Source: an uncultured Cypionkella sp. (GTDB taxonomy: Bacteria; Pseudomonadota; Alphaproteobacteria; Rhodobacterales; Rhodobacteraceae). Taken from it: a stretch of 25,094 nt of DNA. The notes below the pieces were generated by a model. It did no database searches. It saw nothing but the letters and a program-made list of their open reading frames with translations, and was not told where the DNA came from. The DNA is taken from the NCBI GenBank assembly GCA_965366095.1, contig CBDUEF010000001.1, positions 1-25,094 on the forward strand, in the 5' to 3' direction. Positions 6,560 through 16,186 of the stretch are shown piece after piece. The position numbers were made by a program, and so were the translations under genes. The first letter of the stretch is position 1; each line of letters starts with the position of its first letter.

Positions 6560-7687
6560 ATGTCTTTGACCACCAAAGTGCCGTTTGGCTTTACCCGCCG
6601 CGCCTTGCTCACCACGGGCGCTGCTGCGCTTGCCATGCCGATGCTGTCACGCCGGGCTTTTGCGGCTGATCCGACCGAGCTGAACATGTTGGCCTGGTAT
6701 GGCCATGCCGAGCCTGATGTCGTGGCCGAGTTCGAGGCCGAGAACAACGTCAAGTTCGTGCCGAAATACTATACCGGCGGCGACAATATGCTGGGCCTGA
6801 TCTCGCAATCTCCTCCCGGCACTTTCGACGTGATCTTGTCGGATGCCGAATATGTGCAGCAATTGAATGCAGCGGGCTATATCGAGCAACTTGATCCCAA
6901 AGACTATGCCTTTGATGAATTCTTCCCCGAGTTCCAGAATTTCCCCGGCCATTGGAAAGACGGCGCGCTGTTCTCAGTCATCACTCGCTTTGGTTTTCTG
7001 GGTGTGGCCTACAACACGGATGCGTTCACCGAAGCCGAAGCCTCGACCTATAATGTCTATTGGGACGAGCGGGCAAAGGGCAAGTTGGGCCATTTCGACT
7101 GGCACCTGCCAAATCTGGGGCAGATTGGCCTCTTGAACGGCAACAAAGTGCCCTACGATCTGGACGAAGCGGCCTGGACCGCGGTGAAGGAAAAGACCAT
7201 GTCCTTGCGTCCGCAAGTGGGCGGCTTCTTCGATTACGGCGGCACCTTCTCGTCGCTGGATGACGGCCAGATGCTGTTGTTCGCCGGAATCGGTGACTGG
7301 ATCACCGGCACGTTGGAGAAGAACGGCGCCAAAGTGCGCTCGGTTGTTCCAGAAGAGGGTGGCTTGCAGTGGACCGAGTCTTTCTCGATCGGCAAGGGCT
7401 CAACCAAGCAGGATCTGGCCAAGAAGTGGATCCAATACATCACTTCGGCCAAAGGTCAGGCGAAATCGGCGCAAATGGCGGCCTATCCGGCAATGGTTCC
7501 AAACCAAAAGGGCTGGGAAGAGCTGAACAAAGAGAATCCGGCAGAGGCGAAACGTCAGAACATGGTTGTGGGGCAGACCAATGCGATGGACATGATCCGC
7601 ACCGGCAAGATCCAATATCGCCAACTGCCGATCCAACAGAGCCTTGAGGACTGGAACGATTTCTGGTCGGAATACAAAGGCGCTTGA
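6560..7687 (+). CDS. ABC transporter substrate-binding protein, PotD/PotF superfamily, Tat-exported; probable creatinine/creatine binding
   Basis: TRRALL twin-arginine motif and AFA/A cleavage site. PotD-like fold motifs LNMLAW...EFEAENNVK, FDVILSD, VVPEEGGLQWTESFSI, LAKKWIQY. AAGGGAG SD supports ATG 6560 rather than 6494. Substrate is inferred from context only. Confidence 0.9.
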   Translation: MSLTTKVPFGFTRRALLTTGAAALAMPMLSRRAFAADPTELNMLAWYGHAEPDVVAEFEAENNVKFVPKYYTGGDNMLGLISQSPPGTFDVILSDAEYVQQLNAAGYIEQLDPKDYAFDEFFPEFQNFPGHWKDGALFSVITRFGFLGVAYNTDAFTEAEASTYNVYWDERAKGKLGHFDWHLPNLGQIGLLNGNKVPYDLDEAAWTAVKEKTMSLRPQVGGFFDYGGTFSSLDDGQMLLFAGIGDWITGTLEKNGAKVRSVVPEEGGLQWTESFSIGKGSTKQDLAKKWIQYITSAKGQAKSAQMAAYPAMVPNQKGWEELNKENPAEAKRQNMVVGQTNAMDMIRTGKIQYRQLPIQQSLEDWNDFWSEYKGA

Positions 7688-7695
7688 TCGGCGTT

Positions 7696-7723
7696 CGGCC
7701 AGCGGACACTCCCCCGCTGGCCG
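7696..7723 (+). other. Intercistronic stem-loop after the binding-protein gene
   Basis: CGGCCAGCGG-acactccc-CCGCTGGCCG, a 10-bp perfect stem at the usual position for an mRNA-stabilising or partial-termination element. Confidence 0.7.
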
Positions 7724-7754
7724 GCTTTCCTGAACATTCGGAGACTGTCCGCTG

Positions 7755-8600
7755 ATGCGACCCAAGGTAACCCTTTACGGCCTGACCTTTTCGCTGCCGC
7801 TGCTGATCTGGCAGCTGCTGTTTTTTGTGTTTCCACTGGTGTTTCTGGTCGCCCTGAGCTTCTGGACAGTGAAAAATTTTCGCATGGAAGCGGCGTTTGA
7901 CAGTATCAACTGGGTGACGATGTATGGCCGCAAGATATTCTGGCAGGCCTATGGCACCACCTTTGCACTGGCGAGTGCGGCGGCGGTGATCACCAGTGTG
8001 CTGGCCTTTCCGTGTTCTTATGCCATCGCGTTCAAGCTGTCGCCCACAGCGCGGCGCTGGGCGGTGTTCTTGATGGTGATCCCGTTTTTCACCAGCTATC
8101 TGGTGCGGGTCTATTCCTGGCAGATTTTTCTGTCGGATGCCGGGATCATCAATGTGGTGCTGGGCTGGATCGGCCTTGGCCCTTACGGCTTGCTGAACAC
8201 CTATGGCGCGACGATGATCGGTTATCTGACGCTTAGCCTGCCGCTGGTGGTGCTGTTGCAACTTTTCAGCTTGGTGTTCATCGACCGCACCCTGATCGAG
8301 GCCGCGCATAACCTGCGTTGCGGTCGGTTGCGCACGGTGTTCGAGGTGGTGATCCCCTCGGCGCGGGTTGGACTGGTGATAGCGGCGCTGTTTTGTTTCA
8401 TCCTCAGCTTTGGTGATTTTGTCAGCCCGATCTATCTGGGCGGCGGCGATCCGACGACGCTGTCGATCCTGATCACCGACACCACGAAATCGGGCCAGCA
8501 ATGGCCAAGGGCGGCGGTGATTGCGCTGACGATGATTGCCACGCTGCTGGCCGTGGCCTTTGTCGCGGTGAAATTCGCGTACAAGGGGCGCAGCAAATGA
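7755..8600 (+). CDS. ABC permease, PotB-like
   Basis: Hydrophobic helices, LAFPCSYAIA, IPFFTSYLVRVYSW, an EAA loop variant EAAHNLRCG, and FILSFGDF. Confidence 0.93.
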   Translation: MRPKVTLYGLTFSLPLLIWQLLFFVFPLVFLVALSFWTVKNFRMEAAFDSINWVTMYGRKIFWQAYGTTFALASAAAVITSVLAFPCSYAIAFKLSPTARRWAVFLMVIPFFTSYLVRVYSWQIFLSDAGIINVVLGWIGLGPYGLLNTYGATMIGYLTLSLPLVVLLQLFSLVFIDRTLIEAAHNLRCGRLRTVFEVVIPSARVGLVIAALFCFILSFGDFVSPIYLGGGDPTTLSILITDTTKSGQQWPRAAVIALTMIATLLAVAFVAVKFAYKGRSK

Positions 8601-9421
8601 GTGATGCAAATTCCGCCAACCGCAGCCCCGCGATCACTTTTGCGCTGCGGGCCTATGTGGTGCTGACCTATCTGTTCATCTTTGCGCCGATTGCCGCAAG
8701 TTTCGTGTTTTCCTTTAACGCCGACCGCTTTCCGTCGATCCCGCTAGGGGGATTTTCGCTGGAATGGTATCGCGCGGTGGCCTCTGATCCGCTGGTTTGG
8801 GAGGGGTTGCGCAATACGCTGGTGGTGGGTGTGGCGGTTGGCCTGATCTCGACTTTCCTGGGGTTTGGTGCGGCCTATACCGATTACCGCTACAAGTTCT
8901 TCGGCAAGCAGGTTTATCTGGCGATGGCGTTGTTGCCGCCGACGATTCCGGTGATCATCCTGGGCCTTGCGATGCTGGCCTATCTGTCGCGGATCAATCT
9001 GTCGGGCAATGCGCTGTCGGTGATCATCGCGCATGTGGTGATCTGCGCGCCCTTTGCCATGGCGATCATAAGGCTGCGGCTGTCGCAGATGGACCCGTCA
9101 CTTGAAGCGGCGGCGTGGAACCTTGGGGCTTCGGAATGGACGGCGATGCGCTATGTCATCGTGCCTTTTGCGCTGCCCGCGATTTTTGGCGCGCTGTTCA
9201 TCACGATGGCGGTGTCGTTTGATGAATTTGCCGTGGCCTGGTTTGTGTCGGGCCTGAATGAGACCCTGCCCGTCAAGGTGCTGGGGTTCTTGCAGGGCCA
9301 AGTCAGCCCGCGGATCAATGCCATCGGAACTTTTGTCTTTATCGCATCCATGACGCTGGTGATTCTGGCGCAGATATTGCTGTCGGGCCGCGATGCCCAG
9401 GCACGCCCCAGCGACGAATAG
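8597..9421 (+). CDS. ABC permease, PotC-like
   Basis: FIFAPI...FSFN, GGFSLEWY, EAAAWNLGAS, SFDEF, TLPV...INAI. The ATG overlaps the upstream stop (ATGA at 8597-8600). Confidence 0.93.
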   Translation: MSDANSANRSPAITFALRAYVVLTYLFIFAPIAASFVFSFNADRFPSIPLGGFSLEWYRAVASDPLVWEGLRNTLVVGVAVGLISTFLGFGAAYTDYRYKFFGKQVYLAMALLPPTIPVIILGLAMLAYLSRINLSGNALSVIIAHVVICAPFAMAIIRLRLSQMDPSLEAAAWNLGASEWTAMRYVIVPFALPAIFGALFITMAVSFDEFAVAWFVSGLNETLPVKVLGFLQGQVSPRINAIGTFVFIASMTLVILAQILLSGRDAQARPSDE

Positions 9422-9430
9422 GAGAAAATT

Positions 9431-10528
9431 ATGCAACGCGAAACGCTGGTGTCCTTTGAGGGCGTGGTGAAACGGTTTGGCGCTTTTGTCGCCGTGCAGA
9501 AGATGGATTTCGAGATCGGCAAGGGCGAGTTTTTGGCGATCATGGGATCAAGCGGTTGTGGCAAGACCACCACGCTGCGGATGCTGGCCGGGTTGGAAGA
9601 CCCGAGCGAGGGCGTCATCCGCCTATCGGGCAAACCGATCAACCATCTGCCGACATGGAGCCGTGACACGCCGATGGTGTGGCAAAGTCTGGCGCTGTTC
9701 CCGTTTCTGAACGTGATCGAGAATGTCGAATTTGCGTTGAAGATGCGCGGGACGGGCAAGGCCGAGCGGCGTAAGAAGGCCGAGGAATGGCTGGACCGGA
9801 TGCAGATTTCCGAATTCGCCGGACGCAATATCGCCCAGCTTTCGGGCGGGCAGCGCCAGCGGGTGGCATTGGCACGGTCTTTGGTGGTCGAGCCAGAGAT
9901 TCTGCTGCTGGACGAACCTTTGTCGGCGCTGGATGCTGCGCTCAAGGTGCGGATGCAATCGGTGTTGAAAACCCTGCAACGCGAAACCGGCATCACCTTT
10001 GTCTATGTCACCCACAGCCAGTCCGAGGCGTTTTCGATGGCGGATCGGGTGGTGATCATGAGCAAGGGCGTGATCGAGCAGATCGGCACACCACAAGAGA
10101 TTTACCGCAGCCCGCGCAGCCGGTTTGTGGCGAATTTTCTGGGCTCGTCGAATATCTTTTCGGGCAAGGTCACGCAAAGCGATGCCGATCTGGTCGAGGT
10201 TGAAGGGCCAAGCGGCAAGATCCGGCTGGCCAGCGCTGGTTTGACCACGCGGCCCCTGCGCGGCGAAGCCGCAACGGTGACGGTGCTGGACACCAAGACC
10301 CATCTCAGCCTGGCGCGGCCCGCTGGCGATGCCAATGTGGTGCAGGCCAAGATGATCGGCGAAGAGTTTGTTGGGGCAACGGCCACGATCTATCTGGAAA
10401 CTGCGCAAGGGCAGGAATTGCGGGTGCAAAAGGGCCATGATGAATTGGCAGACCTGCCGCTCAGCATCGGGCAAGAGCTGTTTGTGTCATGGGCACAAAA
10501 CGACGGGCATCTGGTGGCCGAGGCGTAA
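9431..10528 (+). CDS. ABC ATPase, PotA-like, with C-terminal TOBE region
   Basis: Walker A GSSGCGKTT, signature LSGGQRQRVALAR, Walker B ILLLDEP, H-loop YVTHSQSEA, and FVANFLG. AGGAG SD. Confidence 0.96.
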   Translation: MQRETLVSFEGVVKRFGAFVAVQKMDFEIGKGEFLAIMGSSGCGKTTTLRMLAGLEDPSEGVIRLSGKPINHLPTWSRDTPMVWQSLALFPFLNVIENVEFALKMRGTGKAERRKKAEEWLDRMQISEFAGRNIAQLSGGQRQRVALARSLVVEPEILLLDEPLSALDAALKVRMQSVLKTLQRETGITFVYVTHSQSEAFSMADRVVIMSKGVIEQIGTPQEIYRSPRSRFVANFLGSSNIFSGKVTQSDADLVEVEGPSGKIRLASAGLTTRPLRGEAATVTVLDTKTHLSLARPAGDANVVQAKMIGEEFVGATATIYLETAQGQELRVQKGHDELADLPLSIGQELFVSWAQNDGHLVAEA

Positions 10529-10540
10529 ATCGCCCCGGCT

Positions 10541-11413
10541 TTACAGAACGCCAGCGTGTTGCATGGCGGCTTTGATCCGGGCCTTGGTCGGCTCGGTCAG
10601 GCCCACCAGTGGCAAGCGGACCTCTTCGGCGCACAGTCCTAGCAGCGAGAGGCCATATTTCGCACCAACCAGTCCCGGCTCGATGAAGATCGCCTCGTGC
10701 AGCGGCATCAGGCGGTCTTGCAGGGCAAGCGCCTTGGTATAATCGCCCGCCAAGGTGGCCGCCTGAAACTCGGCGCAAAGGCGCGGGGCGATGTTGGCGG
10801 TGACCGAAATGCAGCCGGTGCCGCCATGGGCGTTGAAGCCCAAAGCCGTGGCATCCTCGCCCGAAAGCTGGATGAAATCGGTGCCACAGGTGGCGCGCTG
10901 CTGGCTGACACGCTCGATCTTGCCGGTGGCGTCTTTCACCCCGATGATCCGGGGCAGCTTGGCCAGTTGGCCCATGGTGTCGGGCGACATATCCACCACC
11001 GAGCGGCCGGGGATGTTGTAGATGATGATCGGCAGGGCGCAGCAATCATGCAGCGCCGTGTAATGTGCAATCAGCCCGGCCTGCGTGGGTTTGTTGTAAT
11101 AGGGCGTGACCACCAGCGCGGCCGCAGCCCCCACTTTTTCGGCGTGGCGGATCAGGCTGATGCCCTCAACGGTGTTGTTGGAACCTGCGCCCGCGATCAC
11201 CGGCACCCGGCCAGCGGCGGTTTCCACCACCACTTCGATCACCTTTTGATGCTCGGCATGGGTAAGCGTCGGGCTCTCGCCCGTGGTGCCAACAGGAACC
11301 AGCCCGGTTGAGCCTTGCTCAATATGCCATTCAACCAGTTTCTTCAGCGTCACCAGATCAAGTTCGCCGTTCTTGAACGGCGTTACCAAGGCGGGAATGG
11401 ACCCTTTGATCAT
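10541..11413 (-). CDS. dapA: 4-hydroxy-tetrahydrodipicolinate synthase
   Basis: [45 protein letters not shown] (Schiff-base Lys) and LSGED. AGGAG SD supports ATG 11413. Confidence 0.97.
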   Translation of the reverse strand: MIKGSIPALVTPFKNGELDLVTLKKLVEWHIEQGSTGLVPVGTTGESPTLTHAEHQKVIEVVVETAAGRVPVIAGAGSNNTVEGISLIRHAEKVGAAAALVVTPYYNKPTQAGLIAHYTALHDCCALPIIIYNIPGRSVVDMSPDTMGQLAKLPRIIGVKDATGKIERVSQQRATCGTDFIQLSGEDATALGFNAHGGTGCISVTANIAPRLCAEFQAATLAGDYTKALALQDRLMPLHEAIFIEPGLVGAKYGLSLLGLCAEEVRLPLVGLTEPTKARIKAAMQHAGVL

Positions 11414-11581
11414 GGCGCGTCTCCTGATGGATGGGGGGCGGTGAGTCGCCCCATGGCTCGGTTGGCCCTGATTAGCGATGGGGAGGCGATTTGCCAAGGC
11501 TGGGCGGTGGATTGCTGGGAATTGGCGACAATAACGGCCTTGTGGCTTGTGAGGCGGGCGGGGTTCGGGCAGAATTGGCGC

Positions 11582-13564
11582 ATGAGCAGAGCAAAAACGA
11601 TCGCAGAAGCGGCGCTTCTTTCCCTATGTTTGAACATCGTGCCCATGGCTGCGGTGTTGGGCTTGGCACCTAGGGTCGCCGTGGCAGACGAGGCGCAATC
11701 TTTGACGCGGGCCTTGGCGGCTGCCGAGGCCAAGGATTGGCCCACCGCTTTGGCCGAGGCGCAGGGAGCGGGGCAGATCGGTGGTGATGTGATCCGCTGG
11801 CAATGGCTGCGCGACGGTCAGGGCAATCTGGGCGATTACGAGGAGTTCATCGCGCGCCGTGCCGATTGGCCGGGGCTGCAACTGTTGCGCGAAAAGGGCG
11901 AGGTTGCGGTGGCGCGCTCGACCGATCCCGCGCGGATCGTGGCCTATTTCGCCAAGGACAAGCCGCGCACTGGCTTGGGGGCGGTCACCTTGGTTGGTGC
12001 ATTGAAAGCGCTGGGCCGTGAGAGTGATGCCGAGGCCGAAGCTTTTCGGGCGTGGGCGGGATTGAAATTTACCGCCGAGGATCAGACCGCCCTGCTGGCT
12101 CTGGAGGGCGCTGCGTTGAAAACCGCGCATGAGGTGCGGCTGGATCGCCTGCTTTGGGCCGGAGGGCGGCGCGATGAGGTGACGCGGATGCTGCCCTTGG
12201 TTGGCCCGGATTGGCGCGCCTTGGCCGAGGCGCGGATTGCGCTGGATACCGATGCGCCAGATGTGAGCGCCAAAGTCAAGGCGGTGCCCAAGGCTTTGGC
12301 CAAGGATGCGGGTCTTGCCTATGGCCGCTTTGTTTGGCGCATGCGCAAAGACCTCTATCCAGATTCGATGACAATGATCATAGAGCGCAGCGGGTCGGCG
12401 GCGAGCTTGGGCGATCCGGCAGCTTGGGCGGATCGGCGGGCGCTGCTGGCGCGCTATCTGATGCGGACGGGTGATCCGAAGGATGCCTATAAGGTGGCGG
12501 CGGGGCATCATCTGAAACCGGGGGCGGATTACGTCGATCTTGAGTTTCTGTCGGGCTTTATCGCGCTGCGCAAGCTGAACGATCCGGCCACCGCGATAAA
12601 GCATTTTGGCCATATGAAAGAGGCGGTCGAGACGCCGATTTCGCTGGCGCGGGCGCATTATTGGATGGGCCGCGCGTTGGAGGCCCAAGGCGATGCAGGT
12701 GGGGCTAAGGCCGAGTTCCAAAAGGCAGCGCGCTATCAGACGGCGTTTTACGGGTTGATGGCCGCGGAAAAGCTGGGGCTGAATTTGGACTCTGCCTTGA
12801 TTTCGGACGCGCGCCCCAAAGGGCGCTGGCAGGATCAGCCTTGGGCGAAATCCTCGGTCTTGCAGGCGGCGCGGGTGCTGTTGAAAGCCGGCGATCTGGC
12901 GCAGGCCAAGCGGTTTGTGCTGCATTTGGCCGAAGGATTGGATGGCAACGGCATTGCGCTGTTGTCGGAAATGGCGCTGGAGATCAACCAGCCGCATATC
13001 GCGGTGCTGGTCGGCAAAGCGGCGGCAGAGCGCGGGATCATCCTGACGCGGGCCTATTATCCGGTGCCTGCGATGGTGCCCGATGGTTTGGCGGTCAGCC
13101 GGGCGCTGGCGCTGGCGATTGCACGACGCGAAAGCGAATTTGACCCCAAGGCGCAAAGCCATGCCGGGGCGCGCGGGTTGATGCAATTGATGCCCGAGAC
13201 GGCCGAGAGGATGTCGTCCGCGCTGGGCCTGCCTTATAGTTTGGCCAGTCTTACCGCCGATCCCCCCTATAATGTGCGGGTGGGGTCGGAGTATCTGGCA
13301 AAGATGGCCGAAAACTTTGGGCCCTCGGTGGCCTTGATTGCCTCGGGTTACAACGCCGGGCCGAATCGGCCAAAGCGCTGGATTGCCGAGTTTGGCGATC
13401 CAAGGTCTGCCGATGTTGATGTGGTGGATTGGGTGGAAACCATCCCCTTTGGCGAAACCCGCACCTATGTGATGCGGGTGGCCGAGGGTGTGGTGATCTA
13501 CCGCGCCAAGCTGCGCGGATCGGTTGGGCCGGTGAACATCCGCGCGGAACTGACCGGGCGCTAG
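11582..13564 (+). CDS. slt: Soluble lytic murein transglycosylase (Slt70-like, TPR/HEAT superhelix + SLT domain)
   Basis: C-terminal ARRESEF (catalytic Glu), [18 protein letters not shown] and ETRTYVMRV. Helical repeat N-terminal region and a signal-peptide-like start. The track start at 11315 overlaps dapA, so 11582 or slightly downstream is more likely. Confidence 0.93.
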   Translation: MSRAKTIAEAALLSLCLNIVPMAAVLGLAPRVAVADEAQSLTRALAAAEAKDWPTALAEAQGAGQIGGDVIRWQWLRDGQGNLGDYEEFIARRADWPGLQLLREKGEVAVARSTDPARIVAYFAKDKPRTGLGAVTLVGALKALGRESDAEAEAFRAWAGLKFTAEDQTALLALEGAALKTAHEVRLDRLLWAGGRRDEVTRMLPLVGPDWRALAEARIALDTDAPDVSAKVKAVPKALAKDAGLAYGRFVWRMRKDLYPDSMTMIIERSGSAASLGDPAAWADRRALLARYLMRTGDPKDAYKVAAGHHLKPGADYVDLEFLSGFIALRKLNDPATAIKHFGHMKEAVETPISLARAHYWMGRALEAQGDAGGAKAEFQKAARYQTAFYGLMAAEKLGLNLDSALISDARPKGRWQDQPWAKSSVLQAARVLLKAGDLAQAKRFVLHLAEGLDGNGIALLSEMALEINQPHIAVLVGKAAAERGIILTRAYYPVPAMVPDGLAVSRALALAIARRESEFDPKAQSHAGARGLMQLMPETAERMSSALGLPYSLASLTADPPYNVRVGSEYLAKMAENFGPSVALIASGYNAGPNRPKRWIAEFGDPRSADVDVVDWVETIPFGETRTYVMRVAEGVVIYRAKLRGSVGPVNIRAELTGR

Positions 13565-14430
13565 GTGGCCTTTTGCACTGCACGGGTGCGCAGCAGCGCG
13601 TAAATCCCAGCGGCAACGATCAGGCTTGCCCCCACCACCACATGCAAGGCAAGTGTTTCGTTGTAGATGGTTATTCCGACAATCGAGACAAACACGATCT
13701 GCAGATAGGCAAAGGGCTGCACGGCGCTGGCTTCGGCCACCTCGTAACATTTCAGCAACAGCCAATGCGAGAAGACCGAGATGGCGGCATAGGTGGCAAG
13801 GGCGATGCTATCGAGCGGAGAAATCGCCTGCCAATGCGGCAGGCCGATCACTGTCATCAGCACCGCGCCAATCACGCCGGGCCAGAATAGTGCCGGAAAG
13901 GTGGCCTCGTTGCGCGTGGTCAGGCGGGTGAGGATGGCATAGGTGGCGAAGAGCACGGCGGCCGCAAAGGGCAGCAGGGCGGCCCAGGTAAACACGCCTG
14001 AGCCGGGGCGCAGGATGATCACCATGCCGATCATGCCAACGATTACGGCAGACCAGCGCCGCCAGCTGATCTTTTCCCCCAGAATCGGGCCGGAAAGGGC
14101 CACCACCAACAGCGGGCAGATGGCAAAGACGGCATGGCTTTCGATCAACCCGATCAGTGTATAGCCATAGATGATCAGACAAATCTCTGACACCAGCAGC
14201 ACCGAGCGGGCGATATGCGCGACCAGATGGGTCGAGCGGATGGCGGCGCGAAAGCCCTCGGGCCTCCGATAGGCCAACAGCAAAACGAAACCGGCAAAAA
14301 TCCAATAACGCACCATCACCACCATCAGGGTGTTATAGGTGCTGGCTAGGTGCCTCGAAAAGCCGTCTTGCACGGCAAAGGCCGCGACGGCGGCAATCAT
14401 CAACAAGATGCCTTTGGTGGCGTTGGTCAT
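13561..14430 (-). CDS. DMT/EamA-family transporter
   Basis: 289 aa, ~10 TM, ILGEKISWRRW, IILRPG, VQPFAYLQIVF...YNE. The start overlaps the mnmD stop (ATGA). Confidence 0.92.
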   Translation of the reverse strand: MTNATKGILLMIAAVAAFAVQDGFSRHLASTYNTLMVVMVRYWIFAGFVLLLAYRRPEGFRAAIRSTHLVAHIARSVLLVSEICLIIYGYTLIGLIESHAVFAICPLLVVALSGPILGEKISWRRWSAVIVGMIGMVIILRPGSGVFTWAALLPFAAAVLFATYAILTRLTTRNEATFPALFWPGVIGAVLMTVIGLPHWQAISPLDSIALATYAAISVFSHWLLLKCYEVAEASAVQPFAYLQIVFVSIVGITIYNETLALHVVVGASLIVAAGIYALLRTRAVQKAT

Positions 14431-15092
14431 GTCAGGCGTCCTGTGGTCATATGTCTTTTGCGGCCATGGCCGGGGGCGCGGCTAACGGCGAAACCTGCAT
14501 CTGCCAGCGCGCGGCGGACGTGTCCGGCGGCGGTGTAGGTGGCAAAGCTGCCCTGCGGCGCGGTGTGGCGGGCGACTTCGGCCATAAGATCAGGCGCCCA
14601 GAGATCGGGGTTTTTCGCGGGTGAAAAGCCGTCAAGAAACCACGCATCCGCTTTGTGGGGCCAATTTGGCAAGGTATCAGCCGCTTTGCCGATCACGATC
14701 TCCACGTCGATCGCTCCAAGGCTGAAGCGTCGCGCGCCCGTGGCCCAATGGGCGAGGAAATCATCAGCTGCGGCGCGGGCTTTGGGGAAATGATTGAGGG
14801 CGCGCTCAATGTCTGTAACGGGCAAGGGGTAGGCTTCGAAACTGGTGTAGCGGATCGGAATGGCTGGGTTGGCTATCAGGGTGGCCAACAGGTTCAGCCC
14901 GGTGCCAAAGCCCAGCTCGGCGATATGAAAGCCGGGGCGAAACCGTGCAGGCAGGTCGTTTCCAGCCAGAAACACGTGCCGGGTTTCGGCCAATCCGTCA
15001 TGCGCCGAAAAATACGGATCGTCAAAGCGGGTAGAGACAGGGATCACCCCATCTTGCCAAGTTATAGCGCCGCCCTGTTGTCCGTCCTGCAT
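14427..15092 (-). CDS. mnmD: tRNA mnm5s2U34 methyltransferase (MnmC N-terminal domain, stand-alone)
   Basis: STRFDDPYFS, GLAETRHVFL, IAELGFGTGLN (SAM motif), DAWFLDGFSPAKNPDLW, ATYTAAGHVRRAL, GRKRHM. The start at 15092 avoids overlap with the divergent gene but is not certain. Confidence 0.93.
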   Translation of the reverse strand: MQDGQQGGAITWQDGVIPVSTRFDDPYFSAHDGLAETRHVFLAGNDLPARFRPGFHIAELGFGTGLNLLATLIANPAIPIRYTSFEAYPLPVTDIERALNHFPKARAAADDFLAHWATGARRFSLGAIDVEIVIGKAADTLPNWPHKADAWFLDGFSPAKNPDLWAPDLMAEVARHTAPQGSFATYTAAGHVRRALADAGFAVSRAPGHGRKRHMTTGRLT

Positions 15093-15154
15093 TTGGCCTA
15101 TGCCGTTCGTGAAAGGTTGCGCGGTTGCGGCGACCATGGGCAAGGGTTGGTGGA

Positions 15155-16183
15155 ATGGCAAGGGTTGATCTGACGGTTCGGGGAGGCGGTATCTTCGGGC
15201 TGTCGGTGGCATGGGAGGCGGCGCGGCGGGGGGCCAAGGTGCGGCTGATCGAGACGGTGGCTATTGGCGCCGGATCGAGCGGCGGGACCGTTGGCGCGCT
15301 TAGCCCGCATACGCCCGAAATGTGGAATGAGAAAAAGGCGTTTCAACTGGACAGCCTGCTGATGGCGCAGGGGTTTTGGGATGGGGTGGAGGCTGCGTCG
15401 GGCCAAAGCAGCGGTTATGGTCGCGTCGGCCGTTTGCAGGTTTTGCCCGATGCAGCGGCGGTTGAACTGGCGCTGCTGCGTGAGGTGGACGCGGTGATGC
15501 TGTGGCAAGGCCGGGCAGTCTGGCGGGTGATTGAGACGACGGGGCAAGCATGGGAGCCGCGCAGCCCTACGGGCCGCTTGGTGCATGATACGCTTAGCGC
15601 ACGGCTGCATCCCGTGATGGCGGCTGCGGCCTTGGTGGCGGCGATAAGGGCCAAGGGTGGCGAGGTGGTGATCGGGGATGCACCGGATGAAGGCGCTGTG
15701 ATTTGGACCACGGGTTTGGCGGGATTGCAGGATCTGAACGTCGATTTGGGCCGCTTTGTCGGCGGCGGCGTGAAAGGCCAATCACTGGCGCTGCGGGCCA
15801 GGGTTGAGGGGCCGCAGATATTCGTCGATGGGCTGCATATCGTGCCGCATGTCGATGGCACGGTGGGGATTGGGTCCACCTCGGAGAACACATGGGAGGC
15901 TGCGACGGCAACGGATGAACGGCTCGACGCTCTGCACCTGCGGGCGACGGCCGCTTTGCCACTCCTGCGCGGGGCAGAGGTAGTCACGCGCTGGGCCGGG
16001 GTGCGACCCAGGCCCAAAAGCCTTGCGCCGCTGTTGGGGGCTTGGCCGGGGCGGCCGGGGCATTTCGTGGCCAATGGCGGCTTTAAGATCGGCTTTGGCA
16101 TGGCACCGAAGGTGGCGGCTATGATGGCCGATCTGGTGCTAGACGGGCGCGATGCGATCCCCGAGAGCTTCCGGCTGCGCTAA
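15155..16183 (+). CDS. FAD-dependent oxidoreductase, DAO/glycine oxidase family (MnmC C-terminal-like)
   Basis: Rossmann motif TVRGGGIFGLSVAW, GAGSSGG..GAL, VKGQ, GIGSTSE, WAGVRPR and GGFKIGFGMAP. Confidence 0.88.
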   Translation: MARVDLTVRGGGIFGLSVAWEAARRGAKVRLIETVAIGAGSSGGTVGALSPHTPEMWNEKKAFQLDSLLMAQGFWDGVEAASGQSSGYGRVGRLQVLPDAAAVELALLREVDAVMLWQGRAVWRVIETTGQAWEPRSPTGRLVHDTLSARLHPVMAAAALVAAIRAKGGEVVIGDAPDEGAVIWTTGLAGLQDLNVDLGRFVGGGVKGQSLALRARVEGPQIFVDGLHIVPHVDGTVGIGSTSENTWEAATATDERLDALHLRATAALPLLRGAEVVTRWAGVRPRPKSLAPLLGAWPGRPGHFVANGGFKIGFGMAPKVAAMMADLVLDGRDAIPESFRLR

Positions 16184-16186
16184 CCT

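Noticed and set aside
10529-10540. Target-site duplication or att site bounding the creatine island
   Set aside because: It shares only GCCCC with the 15-bp repeat, and there is no integrase, transposase or tRNA in the window. Accessory status cannot be shown from this sequence alone.
11414-11581. Lysine riboswitch or attenuator upstream of dapA
   Set aside because: Only a 6-8 bp hairpin (11431-11454) is present. There is no L-box consensus, and the 168-bp gap is shared with slt.
423-13564. Convergent genes sharing a CTAG double stop (423-426 and 13561-13564)
   Set aside because: A common compact-genome arrangement with no functional implication evident.
11624-13765. 713-aa minus-strand ORF
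   Set aside because: Antisense to slt over nearly its whole length, with no family motifs; a shadow ORF.
15139-15167. 11-bp direct repeat GGCAAGGGTTG spanning the oxidase start
   Set aside because: Short, and one copy is coding sequence, so it is not distinguishable from chance without comparative data.
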